The notes: generated by a model not told the origin, from the sequence alone. 64,000 nt of DNA from Blastocatellia bacterium (GCA_016713405.1 JADJPF010000015.1:1-64000), one strand, 5' to 3'. Numbered from the stretch's first letter, positions 9,378 to 20,033 are shown. Translations and numbers: made by a program.

Positions 9378-10322
9378 TTATTTTCTTGCAGAGATATAAA
9401 TTTTTACAGGTGGTTGCACTTTGTACACTTGAGCAAAGTTGTTTTGGTTGATTGCTAAGGCTAAATGGCCGCGAGAATCAATGTAAAGCAGAGGTTGGTT
9501 AACTGCCACATCACTAAAGGTTTTTACAAAAGGTAAGGAAATATTTTGCTCCCCTATTTTTATATTTATTTTTTCACTAATTTTATAGCCTAGTTTATAA
9601 AAAACTTCTGCATCAACATTGGTGACTAAATTTCCATAGGGGCCATCTAGCCCGATGACCTCAGCACTTAAGCCTTTTTCATCAATTTGTGCAGCACTGA
9701 TATTAAGTTTTACTAGCTCATTAATTGGTAATATGGGCCCTACTTTAGCCCAATTTTCACCTTTTGCTATGTGTGCTGCTACAGGTGAAAAAATATCTCG
9801 GCCATGAAAAGTTGATGACAAGGCTTGACCAATCATTAATTTAGTGTTGGTAATTTCCCTTACAGCTTCTAATCCGTCTTGTTGCTCAACTAGCGTTAGC
9901 AAACCATTGTTAGGCAAAACAAAATATTGACCGCGCTTTGATTTAGCTACAATAGCTTTTCTTTCACTCCCAACACCAGGATCTATAACAACTGCAAACA
10001 CTGTTGCAGGCGGGTAATAAGCAGTTGTTCCTGCCAAAAATCGCGCTCCATCTAAAATTGAGTAAGGCGTAACTTGATGGCTAATATCAATAATTTTAAG
10101 TTTTGGTTCGATTGAAAGCATTACACCTTTACAAATTGCTACAGAATCGTCAATTACTCCAAAATCAGACATAAACAGTATTGTAGGGCTGTTAGTTTGC
10201 TGAGTTTTCGGAGTTCGCTTTGAAGTTTGATAACTGCTAGCAAAAGTCATTAAGCTAGGCGACACCAACAAATTAAAAAGAATAAAAAAAGTAGCAAAAA
10301 TAGATAAGATTAATTTTTTCAT
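9378..10322 (-). CDS. SAM hydroxide adenosyltransferase family protein (DUF62, chlorinase/fluorinase-like) with an N-terminal signal/anchor
   Basis: 'ILFMSDFGVIDDSVAICKGVM', 'VVIDPGVGSERKAI', 'LPNNGLL' and 'STFHGRDIFSPVAAH' match the DUF62 family. The start is probably MKKLILS at 10322, because the longer ORF to 10406 overlaps the upstream MFS gene. Confidence 0.75.
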   Translation of the reverse strand: MKKLILSIFATFFILFNLLVSPSLMTFASSYQTSKRTPKTQQTNSPTILFMSDFGVIDDSVAICKGVMLSIEPKLKIIDISHQVTPYSILDGARFLAGTTAYYPPATVFAVVIDPGVGSERKAIVAKSKRGQYFVLPNNGLLTLVEQQDGLEAVREITNTKLMIGQALSSTFHGRDIFSPVAAHIAKGENWAKVGPILPINELVKLNISAAQIDEKGLSAEVIGLDGPYGNLVTNVDAEVFYKLGYKISEKINIKIGEQNISLPFVKTFSDVAVNQPLLYIDSRGHLALAINQNNFAQVYKVQPPVKIYISARK

Positions 10323-10336
10323 ATAGATAAAACACT

Positions 10337-11524
10337 CTAAGCTTTTTGTTTGATTTTTAGCATCATTATTGCAGAAAGAAAACCAAGAAATAAACAACTT
10401 ATCCAAAGTGTTGATGCTCCAAAGTTTTCTAAAACGTTTGTACCAAAAACTGGCCCTAAAGTAGTTCCAAAACCAAAAGACATTGCAAAAATGCCCATGT
10501 ATTCACCACGTCTACTAACTGGTGAAACTTCAGCAACATAAGCAGAACTTGCAGGAAATAAAATCATTTCTCCAAAAGTCCAAATAACAACGCTAATTGC
10601 TGCTGTGATTGGATCGCTAATCCAAATCATTGCACCAAACCCTAGTGCAATTAAAATACAACCTAATGCTAGAGAATATTTGTAAGCCCAAGTGTTGGTG
10701 ACGGAATTAATAGGAATTTCTAGAAATGTGATAATTATTGTATTTAATGTAAATAATAAACCATAAATGGCTTCTGACATTTTTAGATCTCTAACTAAAT
10801 AGAGTGCTGCTGTACTTTCTAGCTGAAAAAATACTAATATAGTTGGAATTAGTGCTAGTAGGAAGTAAATAAAAGCTCTATTTTTAACTGGGGGCAATGG
10901 ATTATCAATGTTTTCTAGCTTTGCATGACTTTCGCTTTTTACGATAAAAGCTTTTTTTACATGCTTAAAGAAAAGTATAAGCACAATTCCTGCTACTAGT
11001 GAAGTAACACCATCTACAACAAATAGAAGAGGATAAGAAAAATAAACTAAAAAACCTCCAACCGCTGGGCCAACACTCATTCCTAGATTTATTGCTAGAC
11101 GATTTAAGGCAAAAGCTTGTTTTAACTGCGAGCTTGGGACTATTTCGCTAATTATTGCCATACAAGCTGGCCTAAAAGCTTCACTAATTATTGACCAAAT
11201 AAAGGTGAGGGCAACAATAGCTGGAAAACTATTGATAAAAGGAAATAAAAACAATGTTAAACCAGATAAAACTAGGGAGGTTTTCATCACTTTACTTGCA
11301 CCAATGTTGTCGGCAATACGCCCAGCTATTGGAGCCGTCAGTATTCCACCAATTCCATGCGCTATTAAAGCAAGACTAGCTTTTTGTGCTGGAATATTTA
11401 ATGCTTTGGTTAAATAGATCATTAAAAAAGGCAGTACCATAGTACCAGCACGATTTATTAACACGGTTGCAGACAGTAACCATAACTCTTTAGGTAAACC
11501 TTTAAGATCTCGCCAAGGATTCAT
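10337..11524 (-). CDS. MFS transporter
   Basis: 395 aa with about 12 hydrophobic segments. An MFS-like 'GRIADNIGASK' loop follows TM2. Confidence 0.75.
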   Translation of the reverse strand: MNPWRDLKGLPKELWLLSATVLINRAGTMVLPFLMIYLTKALNIPAQKASLALIAHGIGGILTAPIAGRIADNIGASKVMKTSLVLSGLTLFLFPFINSFPAIVALTFIWSIISEAFRPACMAIISEIVPSSQLKQAFALNRLAINLGMSVGPAVGGFLVYFSYPLLFVVDGVTSLVAGIVLILFFKHVKKAFIVKSESHAKLENIDNPLPPVKNRAFIYFLLALIPTILVFFQLESTAALYLVRDLKMSEAIYGLLFTLNTIIITFLEIPINSVTNTWAYKYSLALGCILIALGFGAMIWISDPITAAISVVIWTFGEMILFPASSAYVAEVSPVSRRGEYMGIFAMSFGFGTTLGPVFGTNVLENFGASTLWISCLFLGFLSAIMMLKIKQKA

Positions 11525-11730
11525 AAAAATTCTTCTACCCAGACAACAGCAATTTGAGCTACAAATTGGGGATTCACGGGATTTTTAGATTAAAAATTAA
11601 ACTTCTATTTGCTATTTGCAAGAATATAAACTAAAAACAAATACAAAAAGGCTTGCTAAATTGTTCTCTTTGTTGGCAGATTTGGCTTTAATGGCTATAA
11701 AAACTAATTGTAAAAGAGGAGATTATACAG

Positions 11731-12534
11731 ATGTTTACTGTTGGTGTGGTGCAAATAAATTCTACAGATAAAGTTTTAGACAACTTAAATCGTTGCGAGA
11801 AGCTTATTTGTCAAGCTGCTGAACGAGGGGCAACAATGGTAGCTTTGCCAGAAAATTTTGCTTATTTACGCTCAGAATCAGAAGCTGTTGAATATCGACA
11901 AACTCTTACAAGTGATTTAGTTACATGGTGTAAAGAGCTTGCTCAAAGATTAAAAATTTTTCTCCTAGCAGGAAGCTTTCCAGAAAAAACGGAAACGTCT
12001 GATAAAATATATAATACAAGCTTAGTTTTTGACACGGAAGGTAATATTATTGCTCATTACCGAAAAATACATCTTTTTGATGTTACATTGCCTGATGGTA
12101 CAGTGTTGATGGAATCGCAGTTTGTTCAAGCAGGCGGTGAAATGGTTACTACAACGGTATTAGGTCATAAAATAGGTTTAACTATTTGTTATGATTTGCG
12201 ATTTCCTGAACTTTATCGACGGCTAACTTTAGCTGGAGCAAAAGCTATTTTTGTCCCTTCGGCTTTTACATTGCAAACAGGGCGCGATCATTGGGAAGTG
12301 TTACTGCGAGCGCGAGCAATAGAAAATCAAGTTTATATAATTGCTCCAGCGCAATTTGGACAGCATACCCCAAAACGTGCTAGCTATGGTCGAGCTTTAA
12401 TTGTTGATCCTTGGGGAACTGTAATTGCAAAAGCATCTGATAAAGAAACTGTAATTCTTGCTGATTTAGATTTTGATTACCTTGATGCAATTCGTCAAAG
12501 AATGCCTTGTAGCAAACATATTAAGTTAATTTAA
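11731..12534 (+). CDS. Carbon-nitrogen hydrolase (nitrilase superfamily, Nit-like)
   Basis: 'LPENFAY', 'YRKIHLFD' and 'ICYDLRFPELYR' provide the E-K-C catalytic-triad context. Confidence 0.85.
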   Translation: MFTVGVVQINSTDKVLDNLNRCEKLICQAAERGATMVALPENFAYLRSESEAVEYRQTLTSDLVTWCKELAQRLKIFLLAGSFPEKTETSDKIYNTSLVFDTEGNIIAHYRKIHLFDVTLPDGTVLMESQFVQAGGEMVTTTVLGHKIGLTICYDLRFPELYRRLTLAGAKAIFVPSAFTLQTGRDHWEVLLRARAIENQVYIIAPAQFGQHTPKRASYGRALIVDPWGTVIAKASDKETVILADLDFDYLDAIRQRMPCSKHIKLI

Positions 12535-12546
12535 CTAGGAGATTTA

Positions 12547-13488
12547 ATGACTAACTTACGCGGTAACAAAACTTTGGAGCTAGTTTTATCTCGTGACAGC
12601 ACGATTTCAATTCATGAACAATTAGTAACACAACTAAGCTTGCAAATAGTTAATGGTCTGCTTAAACCAGGTGATAAACTTGCCTCAGTTCGTACCCTAG
12701 CACGTCGCTTAGGTATTCATCATAATACAGTTAGCACTGCTTATGGAGAATTAGCAGACCGTAATTTAGTAGAAATTAAACATGGAAGTGGAGTTTATGT
12801 AAGTAAACCTAGTTTAATTACTTCAGAAGAGACAGATTTAGATAGCATTATTCGTAGCTTTTTAGATGTTGCTCGTAAACAAGGCTATTCTTTGCAATCA
12901 ATTCGTGAGTCAGTAATAAAATGGTTAGATAAACAGCCGCCAGACCATATTTTAATTATTGAGCCAGCAAAAGATTTACAAAAAATATTAATTTATGAGC
13001 TAAAGCAGCATTTTGATTGTGAAATTTTAGCAGCAACTCCAACAGAAGTAGCTACAAAAACAGCAATTTTAACAGGTGCGCTTTCAGTTGCTACTATTTA
13101 TCATTCAGTAGAAATTAAGAAGTTATTACCTAAAGATATTTTACTAATAAATATAAATTTACAAACAGGTCAACAAGAAGCTGAAAAGCTTAAAAAGTTG
13201 CCTGTAGGGGCAATGGTTGGACTAATTTCTATTGGGGAAACAATGCTAGAGTTTGCCCGAATTGTGATAGGCTCTTTACGAGGGGAAGATTTAATGGTTA
13301 GAACAGAAATTTTTGCTGATACTAAAAAATGGCAATCGCTAGTTAATGTTGCTGATTTAGTTATTACAGATAGTTTTTGTTTTGAAAAAGTGGCTCAAGT
13401 TGCAGGGAAAAAAGTCTTACAACTAAACTTAATTTCCCCTCAAATAGTTCGTTATTTGCGTAATGCCTTAAAAAATTCTTTTAGCTAA
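12547..13488 (+). CDS. GntR-family transcriptional regulator with a C-terminal ligand-binding-like domain
   Basis: The N-terminal winged-HTH reads 'LKPGDKLASVRTLARRLGIHHNTVSTAYGELADRNLVEIKHGSGVYV'. Confidence 0.8.
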   Translation: MTNLRGNKTLELVLSRDSTISIHEQLVTQLSLQIVNGLLKPGDKLASVRTLARRLGIHHNTVSTAYGELADRNLVEIKHGSGVYVSKPSLITSEETDLDSIIRSFLDVARKQGYSLQSIRESVIKWLDKQPPDHILIIEPAKDLQKILIYELKQHFDCEILAATPTEVATKTAILTGALSVATIYHSVEIKKLLPKDILLININLQTGQQEAEKLKKLPVGAMVGLISIGETMLEFARIVIGSLRGEDLMVRTEIFADTKKWQSLVNVADLVITDSFCFEKVAQVAGKKVLQLNLISPQIVRYLRNALKNSFS

Positions 13489-13491
13489 TAA

Positions 13492-14007
13492 TTAGGCAAT
13501 AATAACTGTGATAGTTGAAAATTTTTCATGAAATCTTAAATCTAGCCAAAAACCTAAAGTGTATTTTTGCTCTTGGTCAGCACCGTTTAAGGCTAAAACT
13601 ATTTCTTCACCACTTTCTATAACTTGAGCCGTGACATTAAATTTTGCTAAATAGGGATTAATTTCTTGTAAAAGGAAATTTTTAATTTCTTCTACAACAT
13701 AACTTTCAATTACTTTATCTTCTGTATTTTCAGCTAAATGAAAATGTAAGTCTTCCTCATCATCTCCAATATGATTATGAAAATCTAAAGTTGTACAAAA
13801 GCGACGTGACATAATAAGTCGAGCAATTTCTTCATGACAGGAGCCACAACCGCCGCCAGCTTTGCACTTACGGCGGACTTGAGCTACAGTATTTGCATCT
13901 ATTTCTAAAATTGTGTCTAAAACTTTTTGTCGGCTAACTTTTAAGCATAGACAAATTAACTCATCTGGAGAGCCTGTATAAATTCTACGGTCGCCATGTA
14001 AGTGCAT
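13492..14007 (-). CDS. BFD-like [2Fe-2S]-binding domain protein with a NifU-like C-terminal region
   Basis: 'CLCLKVS...KCKAGGGCGSCHEEI' matches the Cys pattern of BFD-like 2Fe-2S domains. Confidence 0.6.
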   Translation of the reverse strand: MHLHGDRRIYTGSPDELICLCLKVSRQKVLDTILEIDANTVAQVRRKCKAGGGCGSCHEEIARLIMSRRFCTTLDFHNHIGDDEEDLHFHLAENTEDKVIESYVVEEIKNFLLQEINPYLAKFNVTAQVIESGEEIVLALNGADQEQKYTLGFWLDLRFHEKFSTITVIIA

Positions 14008-14039
14008 AAATTTTCCTTTTCTGATTTTATTAATAAAAA

Positions 14040-14606
14040 TTATTCAGCCGCTTCATAAGCTTGTTTAATCCAGTTAATAAGCTCTGAGTCTACTTCATCA
14101 ACAGTTGTTAACTTTACCTTAAAATGACACATACTATTAGCAGGCATTTCAGCTAGTCTATCAGTAGCTTGAAGACTTTTTAGGTTTATCCCCACTTCAA
14201 CACGACTATTAGTAGCAGGTGTAATCATTGCAAATTGTTTTTTACGACGTAGACTAACATAGCCTTTTTTTGGTGCAATTTCAAATGTGCCAAATTCATT
14301 AATTGCTTCCATTAGCTTTTCATGGATTGGTCGTAAACTAGCCTTAGTTCCTGCGTAAATTTCATTAAGTATGTCAGTTGATGAATTATCTTTAGTTTCA
14401 TTTTCAGCAGGCTTAAGAAATAAATGTGTTAGAGTGTTAGCATCTCCATGCCCTAAAGTTAAGTCTTTTTTAAGCATGTCTCGGATTTCACCATGTTTTG
14501 CAAGGCCACTTTGTTTAATTATTGACATTAAATCATCTAGAGTTTTACCTGTTTTTGTTTGAATATTTTTTAGCTGAGTTTCAATAGCTTTGTTAACATC
14601 ACTCAT
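14040..14606 (-). CDS. DUF4287/DUF5655-type protein
   Basis: The N-terminus 'IETQLKNIQTKTGKTLDDLMSIIKQSGLAKHGEIRDMLKKDLTLGHGDANTL' matches my memory of DUF4287. Confidence 0.55.
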   Translation of the reverse strand: MSDVNKAIETQLKNIQTKTGKTLDDLMSIIKQSGLAKHGEIRDMLKKDLTLGHGDANTLTHLFLKPAENETKDNSSTDILNEIYAGTKASLRPIHEKLMEAINEFGTFEIAPKKGYVSLRRKKQFAMITPATNSRVEVGINLKSLQATDRLAEMPANSMCHFKVKLTTVDEVDSELINWIKQAYEAAE

Positions 14607-14753
14607 AGATTTTTCCTTTCAATAGCTTGTTTTTATCATTTAAAAGGCTTTGCTAGCTTTGTTATGAGTACTAGATTTAAGCGTGTTATATTAGCAAGAT
14701 CAAGTTTTCTTTATCTATCAAATTTTCCAAAAAGCAGTTTAGGATAAATTTTT

Positions 14754-16118
14754 ATGTTTAGCCCAGAAACCATTATTACCGAGCAAATAGCAAATAATTA
14801 TTGGCCTACTTTATCACCAGAAATTTACAAAAAACGTCGGGAAGAATTTTTGTCAAAACTAGGTAATGGAGTAGCAATTTTTCCTAGCGCACCAACTACT
14901 ATTCGCACTAATGACACAGATTATCGTTATAGACAAAATAGCGATTTATATTATTTAACAGGATTTACTGAACCAGAAACAGTATGTTTACTTGCACCAA
15001 ACCACCTAGAACATAAGTTTGTCTTATTTGTTCGTCCTCGAAATGAGGAAAAGGAGATTTGGGAAGGGCGACGAGTGGGCCCGGAAGGAGCTAAAGAATT
15101 ACTTGGCGCAGATGCTACTTATGAAATTGAAAAGTTGGATGAAGAACTACCTAAATACTTAGAAAAAGTAGATTTTATTTACTATTCATTAGGCAATGAG
15201 CAGCGTTTTGACCAAAGAATTATTAATTTAATTAAATATTTTCGCTCAATGCGTCGGCGCAATGGTGTAGGGCCTTATTCAATAATTGACCCAACGGAAA
15301 TTTTACAAGAAATGCGGCTTATTAAAACACCTGAAGAACTAGAACTGATGAGACGTTCGGCTACAATTGCTGCACAAGCTCATTTAGCTGCAATGAAAGC
15401 AGTTAAGGTTGGGATGTATGAGTTTGAAATTGAAGCAATTATTGAGCATTATTTTCGTCGAAGTGGTGCTAATGCACCAGCTTATAACTCAATTGTTGGA
15501 GCAGGTGCTAATGCTACAATTTTGCATTATGTAGAAAATAACTGCCAGATAAAGGATAACGATCTTTTACTAGTAGATGCTGGTGCAGAATATGAGCATT
15601 ATTGTTCAGATATTACCCGAACTTATCCGGCTAATGGACGATTTACTAAGGAACAAAAAGAAATCTATGAAATTGTTTTGGCGGCTCAACTTGCTGCAAT
15701 TGAAAAAGTAAAGCCAGGTGCAGCCTTTGATGATGTTCATCAAGCAGCTTTAGATATAATTGTAGACGGACTTTTTAATTTAGGGCTGCTTTCTGGTGAA
15801 CGGGAAAAAGTTATAGAAGAAAAACAATATCAAAAGTTTTTTATGCACCGTACTAGCCATTGGTTAGGGATAGATACACATGATGTAGGTAAATATAAAC
15901 AATCCGATGAGTCGCGTATATTAGAGCCAGGAATGATACTAACCGTTGAGCCAGGAATTTATATTAGACCAATGGATGATGTACCAACAAAAGATCATAA
16001 TATTGGAATACGTATTGAAGATGATGTATTAGTTACTGAGCAAGGGTCAGAAATATTAACTGCTTTTGTACCAAAGCAAATCAATGAATTAGAAGCAATT
16101 ATTGGACGGGGGAATTAG
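14754..16118 (+). CDS. pepP: Xaa-Pro aminopeptidase (aminopeptidase P, M24B)
   Basis: 'YRQNSDLYYLTGF', 'ILHYVENN', 'LLLVDAGAEYEHYCSDITRTYP', 'HWLGIDTHD' and 'TVEPGIY...IRIEDDVLV' are M24B metal-ligand motifs. Confidence 0.9.
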   Translation: MFSPETIITEQIANNYWPTLSPEIYKKRREEFLSKLGNGVAIFPSAPTTIRTNDTDYRYRQNSDLYYLTGFTEPETVCLLAPNHLEHKFVLFVRPRNEEKEIWEGRRVGPEGAKELLGADATYEIEKLDEELPKYLEKVDFIYYSLGNEQRFDQRIINLIKYFRSMRRRNGVGPYSIIDPTEILQEMRLIKTPEELELMRRSATIAAQAHLAAMKAVKVGMYEFEIEAIIEHYFRRSGANAPAYNSIVGAGANATILHYVENNCQIKDNDLLLVDAGAEYEHYCSDITRTYPANGRFTKEQKEIYEIVLAAQLAAIEKVKPGAAFDDVHQAALDIIVDGLFNLGLLSGEREKVIEEKQYQKFFMHRTSHWLGIDTHDVGKYKQSDESRILEPGMILTVEPGIYIRPMDDVPTKDHNIGIRIEDDVLVTEQGSEILTAFVPKQINELEAIIGRGN

Positions 16119-16122
16119 AAAA

Positions 16123-16833
16123 ATGAAGCGTTGCCCAATATGCGATAAGATGTGGGAGATTAATAAAGTATTTTGTCCCTGGGATGGATACCGGCTAAAG
16201 GAAATGACACCTGAAGAAGTGACAGAAAGAATGGCTGCTAATGCTATAGAGCCACAATTTGAAATCTTTGAAGAAATAAGAAAGATGGATAAAACATTGC
16301 TTGATTCTGTAGCTGAATTTGGGGCAACAGAAACCAGCAAATTAGTTGATATTGCTATTTCTGCATTGGAAAAACGCCGGGAACGTGACCAAGAAAATGT
16401 CCGTGATCAAATGAAACTAATAGATTTATTTAATCTGCATTGTAGGACAATGCAATATTTTGTTGATCGGCTGAAAGGACAAAGTGAATTATTCTCCTTT
16501 CAAATTGAACATAGAGACGATGTGGATCAAATGTATATGGTTTTTGTAGTCTCTTTTGGACAAGCTCAGTATCGACGGCATTTTCCTGTAAAGATTACTT
16601 ATTTTCGTGATCCTGTTAGGGAAGTTACTTTTGAAATCAATCTTCATGATATTGCAGATAATAAAGATAAAAGACACTTAAAAACAGAAAGAGTTGGAGG
16701 AAAAGCAGAAACAAATATTTTTGGACATAAATATTTTATAGCTGCTCCTAAAGGTTTAGAAGGTATTGAACTGCTCCAATGGTTGGAAAATTCATTTAAG
16801 GATGTTTTCAAACAAGCTTACTCAGTTGATTAA
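16123..16833 (+). CDS. Hypothetical protein with an N-terminal zinc ribbon
   Basis: 'MKRCPICDKMWEINKVFCPWDG'. The start is taken at the ATG at 16123; the tracked start at 16102 overlaps pepP. Confidence 0.5.
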   Translation: MKRCPICDKMWEINKVFCPWDGYRLKEMTPEEVTERMAANAIEPQFEIFEEIRKMDKTLLDSVAEFGATETSKLVDIAISALEKRRERDQENVRDQMKLIDLFNLHCRTMQYFVDRLKGQSELFSFQIEHRDDVDQMYMVFVVSFGQAQYRRHFPVKITYFRDPVREVTFEINLHDIADNKDKRHLKTERVGGKAETNIFGHKYFIAAPKGLEGIELLQWLENSFKDVFKQAYSVD

Positions 16834-16842
16834 GTAGTTAAA

Positions 16843-16885
16843 AAATAAATGTCTTGCTTACATTTTAGCAAGACATTTATTTTGA
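16843..16885. terminator. Bidirectional rho-independent terminator between convergent genes
   Basis: A perfect 16-bp stem (16843-16858 with 16867-16882) and an 8-nt loop, flanked by an A-run and a T-run. Confidence 0.7.
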
Positions 16886-16903
16886 ATGTTTTCCAAAGTT
16901 ATT

Positions 16904-17686
16904 TTAATTTTGTTGTGTTGTGGGTTCTGCTGTCTCTACAGGTTTAGTTATTTCAGTAGTTCTATTCAGTAATATATCTGCATCTAATCTAACTTGTAAG
17001 CGTGAACCAGATAATAATTCAATATCACGTCCTCTTGCTAATAACACTCCACCTAAACCAACTCCAGCACCAATGCCAGCACCAATACCAGCACCAGCAG
17101 CACCTCCAGTAATTGCACCAATACCAGCACCTATGCCAGTTTGAGTTGCTACTGTTCCAGCTTTACTTTTTCCTTTGCTTGGATCTTTTATTTTACCTTC
17201 TCCATCTTCTTCTACTACTTGATCAGTGCGGTTAATCACAGAAAAAAGAGAAGCTTTCAAAGGAATTTTTGTTCCATCATCTAAAATTAGTTCATCAAAA
17301 CCAATGGTTAAAGATCCATTTTTTCCCTTACGTGCTGCTGCTTCAACATTTATTATGTGGCATTTAACCGATGCTCTAGTAAGTGCTAGTTTATCCTTAA
17401 CAAATACTGGTTCAGATAATCTAACAATAAACTCTTCACCTTTTTTATTAGTTTTTGAGCTTAAAGATTGATCTAAATGTAGGTTTAACAAAGTATTTTT
17501 AGGGATTTTGTCAGCAGTTGGAGTGTTTGAAGGAATTGAAGTGCTATTACTATTGCTACGGGAAAGAGAATTAGGAGTGTTACTATCACGAGATTTTACA
17601 CGTCCAGATTGAGCAAAAACATTAGCTGAAAAAAGATTGGCTATTAAAAAAAGAGTAAAAGATAAAGATAATTTTTTTAATGACAT
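16904..17686 (-). CDS. Secreted hypothetical protein with a C-terminal glycine-zipper segment
   Basis: Has a signal peptide (LFLIANLFSANVFAQ) and 'GIGAGIGAITGGAAGAGIGAGIGAGVGLGG'. Confidence 0.5.
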   Translation of the reverse strand: MSLKKLSLSFTLFLIANLFSANVFAQSGRVKSRDSNTPNSLSRSNSNSTSIPSNTPTADKIPKNTLLNLHLDQSLSSKTNKKGEEFIVRLSEPVFVKDKLALTRASVKCHIINVEAAARKGKNGSLTIGFDELILDDGTKIPLKASLFSVINRTDQVVEEDGEGKIKDPSKGKSKAGTVATQTGIGAGIGAITGGAAGAGIGAGIGAGVGLGGVLLARGRDIELLSGSRLQVRLDADILLNRTTEITKPVETAEPTTQQN

Positions 17687-17781
17687 AATAATTATTTACC
17701 TCAAATTACCAGATCTACCCTTTGAATAATAGAATAGGCCATTGGATGTTGCAAACAATCTAATTAGGTAAATAGAGACTA

Positions 17782-18479
17782 TTACTTTTTAAGCTGAAAA
17801 GTCTCGTCATAATCGGCTAAGGTTGGAAAAACAAGTTTAGGTGTTTCGTTAACACTTAATAACCTTTGTTTATATTCTTCTAAGTAAGCTTTGCGGCGTT
17901 CAGTGTTAACACGGCTAACACCATAAGCTATAAATGGTGGTAAGACATCAAAGCCAACAAAATAAAGGATTCCATGATTAATAGGGAAAAGAATTTGGTG
18001 AATACTTCCATTTAATCCTAATGGAGTATACATTGACTCACCGCCTCCAGTAGTAAGCACAAGCATAGCTTTTTTGCCATGAAAAACACCCTGGTCATAC
18101 CATTTACCCCCGCCATAAATGCGACCCATAGCAAAAACACGATCTACCCAACCTTTTAATATTGCTGGAAGACCAAACCACCAAAGTGGGAATTGAAAAA
18201 CTAGTACATCACACCAATCTAGTTTAGCCATTTCAGCTTTTACATCAGAGGCAAAGCTATCTGTTTCTGAAGCAAAGATTTCTTCAACTTGTTGTTTATA
18301 GTAATGTGGCTCTTTGACATTAAGGAAATTGTGACGACCAGAAACAGGATTAAATTGTCTACCATAAAGATCAGATACTATTATTTCATGTCCTGAGCAG
18401 GCAAAACTTCTTTGGCTAAATTAAGCATCGCACCATTAAAGCTTTTTGGTTCTGGGTGTGCATAGACAACAAAATACTT
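17782..18479 (-). pseudogene. NAD(P)H dehydrogenase (quinone)/flavodoxin-like fold protein; start codon lost and internal frameshift
   Basis: The upstream frame reads 'KYFVVYAHPEPKSFNGAMLNLAKEVL' and is preceded directly by TAG, with no ATG despite GGAG upstream. The frame then changes near 18385-18410 to 'GHEIIVSDLYGRQFNP...DWCDVLVFQFPLWWFGLPAILKGW'. Confidence 0.7.
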
Positions 18480-18558
18480 CTATCTTTTATACTCCTGCGC
18501 TTTTTGGGGAAGTTATTTTAGAAGTTTAATATGTTAAGACTTAGTTTTGTCAAACTGA

Positions 18559-18828
18559 TTATTCTGTTTTATTAATAATATTGCGCAATTTAGTACTAGG
18601 TACAAAACGAATTATGGTTTTACTAGTTGATGGCGGGGGATTTTCTAGGGGATTTTCTGATTTAGCAAAAAGCTTGAACCCTCCAAAATCCCCTAAACTA
18701 ACTTGTCCATCTTTTCTTAACCCTTCTGCTACACCACTTAAAATAAGATTAATAGCCCGTTCCGCTGAATCTAGCGGGAGATTTGTATCACGGGCTACTT
18801 TTTCAATTAAGTTAGTTTTTTTGCTCAT
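18559..18828 (-). CDS. HU/IHF-family DNA-binding protein
   Basis: 89 aa. 'LIEKVARDTNLPLDSAERAINLILSGVAEGLRKDGQVSLGDFGGFKL' fits the HU fold pattern. Confidence 0.8.
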   Translation of the reverse strand: MSKKTNLIEKVARDTNLPLDSAERAINLILSGVAEGLRKDGQVSLGDFGGFKLFAKSENPLENPPPSTSKTIIRFVPSTKLRNIINKTE

Positions 18829-18833
18829 AGAAA

Positions 18834-19997
18834 TTAAATAGTCTCTATCAGTGATTTTTTAGGTAAGAAAAAATTAGAAATTTCACTTACTACCCGTTGA
18901 GTAGCATCTGGTGTAGATAACTCTTGTGCTGCTTCACTCATTGCTTGGCAGTCACTTTGGTTATCAATAAGATTTTTTAGGATTGGTACTATATCGCTTA
19001 CTTGACAAAGCCTCAAACCAGCATTATGACTAGCAATTAAATCTGCTGTATTAGCTTCTTGGGGCATTGGCTCAGTAATATGATCCATAATAATTGGTAG
19101 TTGACAAGCCAAAGCTTCAAAGGTTGTTAACCCACCTATTTTAGAAATCATTACATTAGCTGAACGCATTAGCCGTTCCATATTATTAGAATAACCTAAT
19201 ACTTTAACAGGAAAACGAGAATTAGCAGCAAGTTTGTCCATTTCTTGTTTTAGTTTTGGATTATTTCCTGCTAGGAAAATTGCCTGCATATCTAGGTTAG
19301 TGTTAGTTAAATGGGCAAAAACTTTTGGAATGTTTCCACCACCAATCCAACCTGCATTAATAAAAACTGTGAATTTATCAGGATCTAAGCCAAGTTCTTG
19401 CCGCATTTCGCTTGGTACTAATTGGCTAGCTTTTTGGAATTTAGGATGTATTGGCATACCACAAATACGAATACGTTCAGGACTAACACCATAAGTTATC
19501 ATTTCTTGGCGAGCTTGTTCATGTGCTACTAAATAAAGTTGTACATGCTCATTTGCCCAACCTTTCCATGAATTTCCACAGGGATCTGTTACTACAGTAA
19601 CTAATGGAATACGATCTAATAATTTTAAGTCTTCTAAAATACGAGCAATACCATACTGCACCATTGGATGTACTGATACAATTACATTAGGACAAAACCG
19701 ATCTACAGTTTGACTTATATATTTACGGTAAAACCTATAAAGAGAGCGATCCAAATTAAATTGATGTATTGCCCAATGATAGTATTTAACATAGGACTGA
19801 TAATGACGAAGTAAGAAATTATAAAAATTGATAGATTGGCGAGTAACATAACTAGAATCTTCAACAATACGAGAAATTTCTACTAAGTAAGAGAGGCGAC
19901 CGGCAAACATTCCTAACCCAGCTTCAATAGCATGAGCAGCCGAAGTATGACCACCACCACTGTCAGAGGTAAGGATAAGTATTTTCTTTTGTGACAT
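18834..19997 (-). CDS. Monogalactosyldiacylglycerol-synthase-like glycosyltransferase (GT28)
   Basis: 'KILILTSDSGGGHTSAAHAI' is the MGDG_synth N-terminus. A GT28-like C-terminal domain follows. Confidence 0.75.
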   Translation of the reverse strand: MSQKKILILTSDSGGGHTSAAHAIEAGLGMFAGRLSYLVEISRIVEDSSYVTRQSINFYNFLLRHYQSYVKYYHWAIHQFNLDRSLYRFYRKYISQTVDRFCPNVIVSVHPMVQYGIARILEDLKLLDRIPLVTVVTDPCGNSWKGWANEHVQLYLVAHEQARQEMITYGVSPERIRICGMPIHPKFQKASQLVPSEMRQELGLDPDKFTVFINAGWIGGGNIPKVFAHLTNTNLDMQAIFLAGNNPKLKQEMDKLAANSRFPVKVLGYSNNMERLMRSANVMISKIGGLTTFEALACQLPIIMDHITEPMPQEANTADLIASHNAGLRLCQVSDIVPILKNLIDNQSDCQAMSEAAQELSTPDATQRVVSEISNFFLPKKSLIETI

Positions 19998-20033
19998 TTA
20001 ATGGCCTTTCATCACAGATTTGCGATAAATAAG

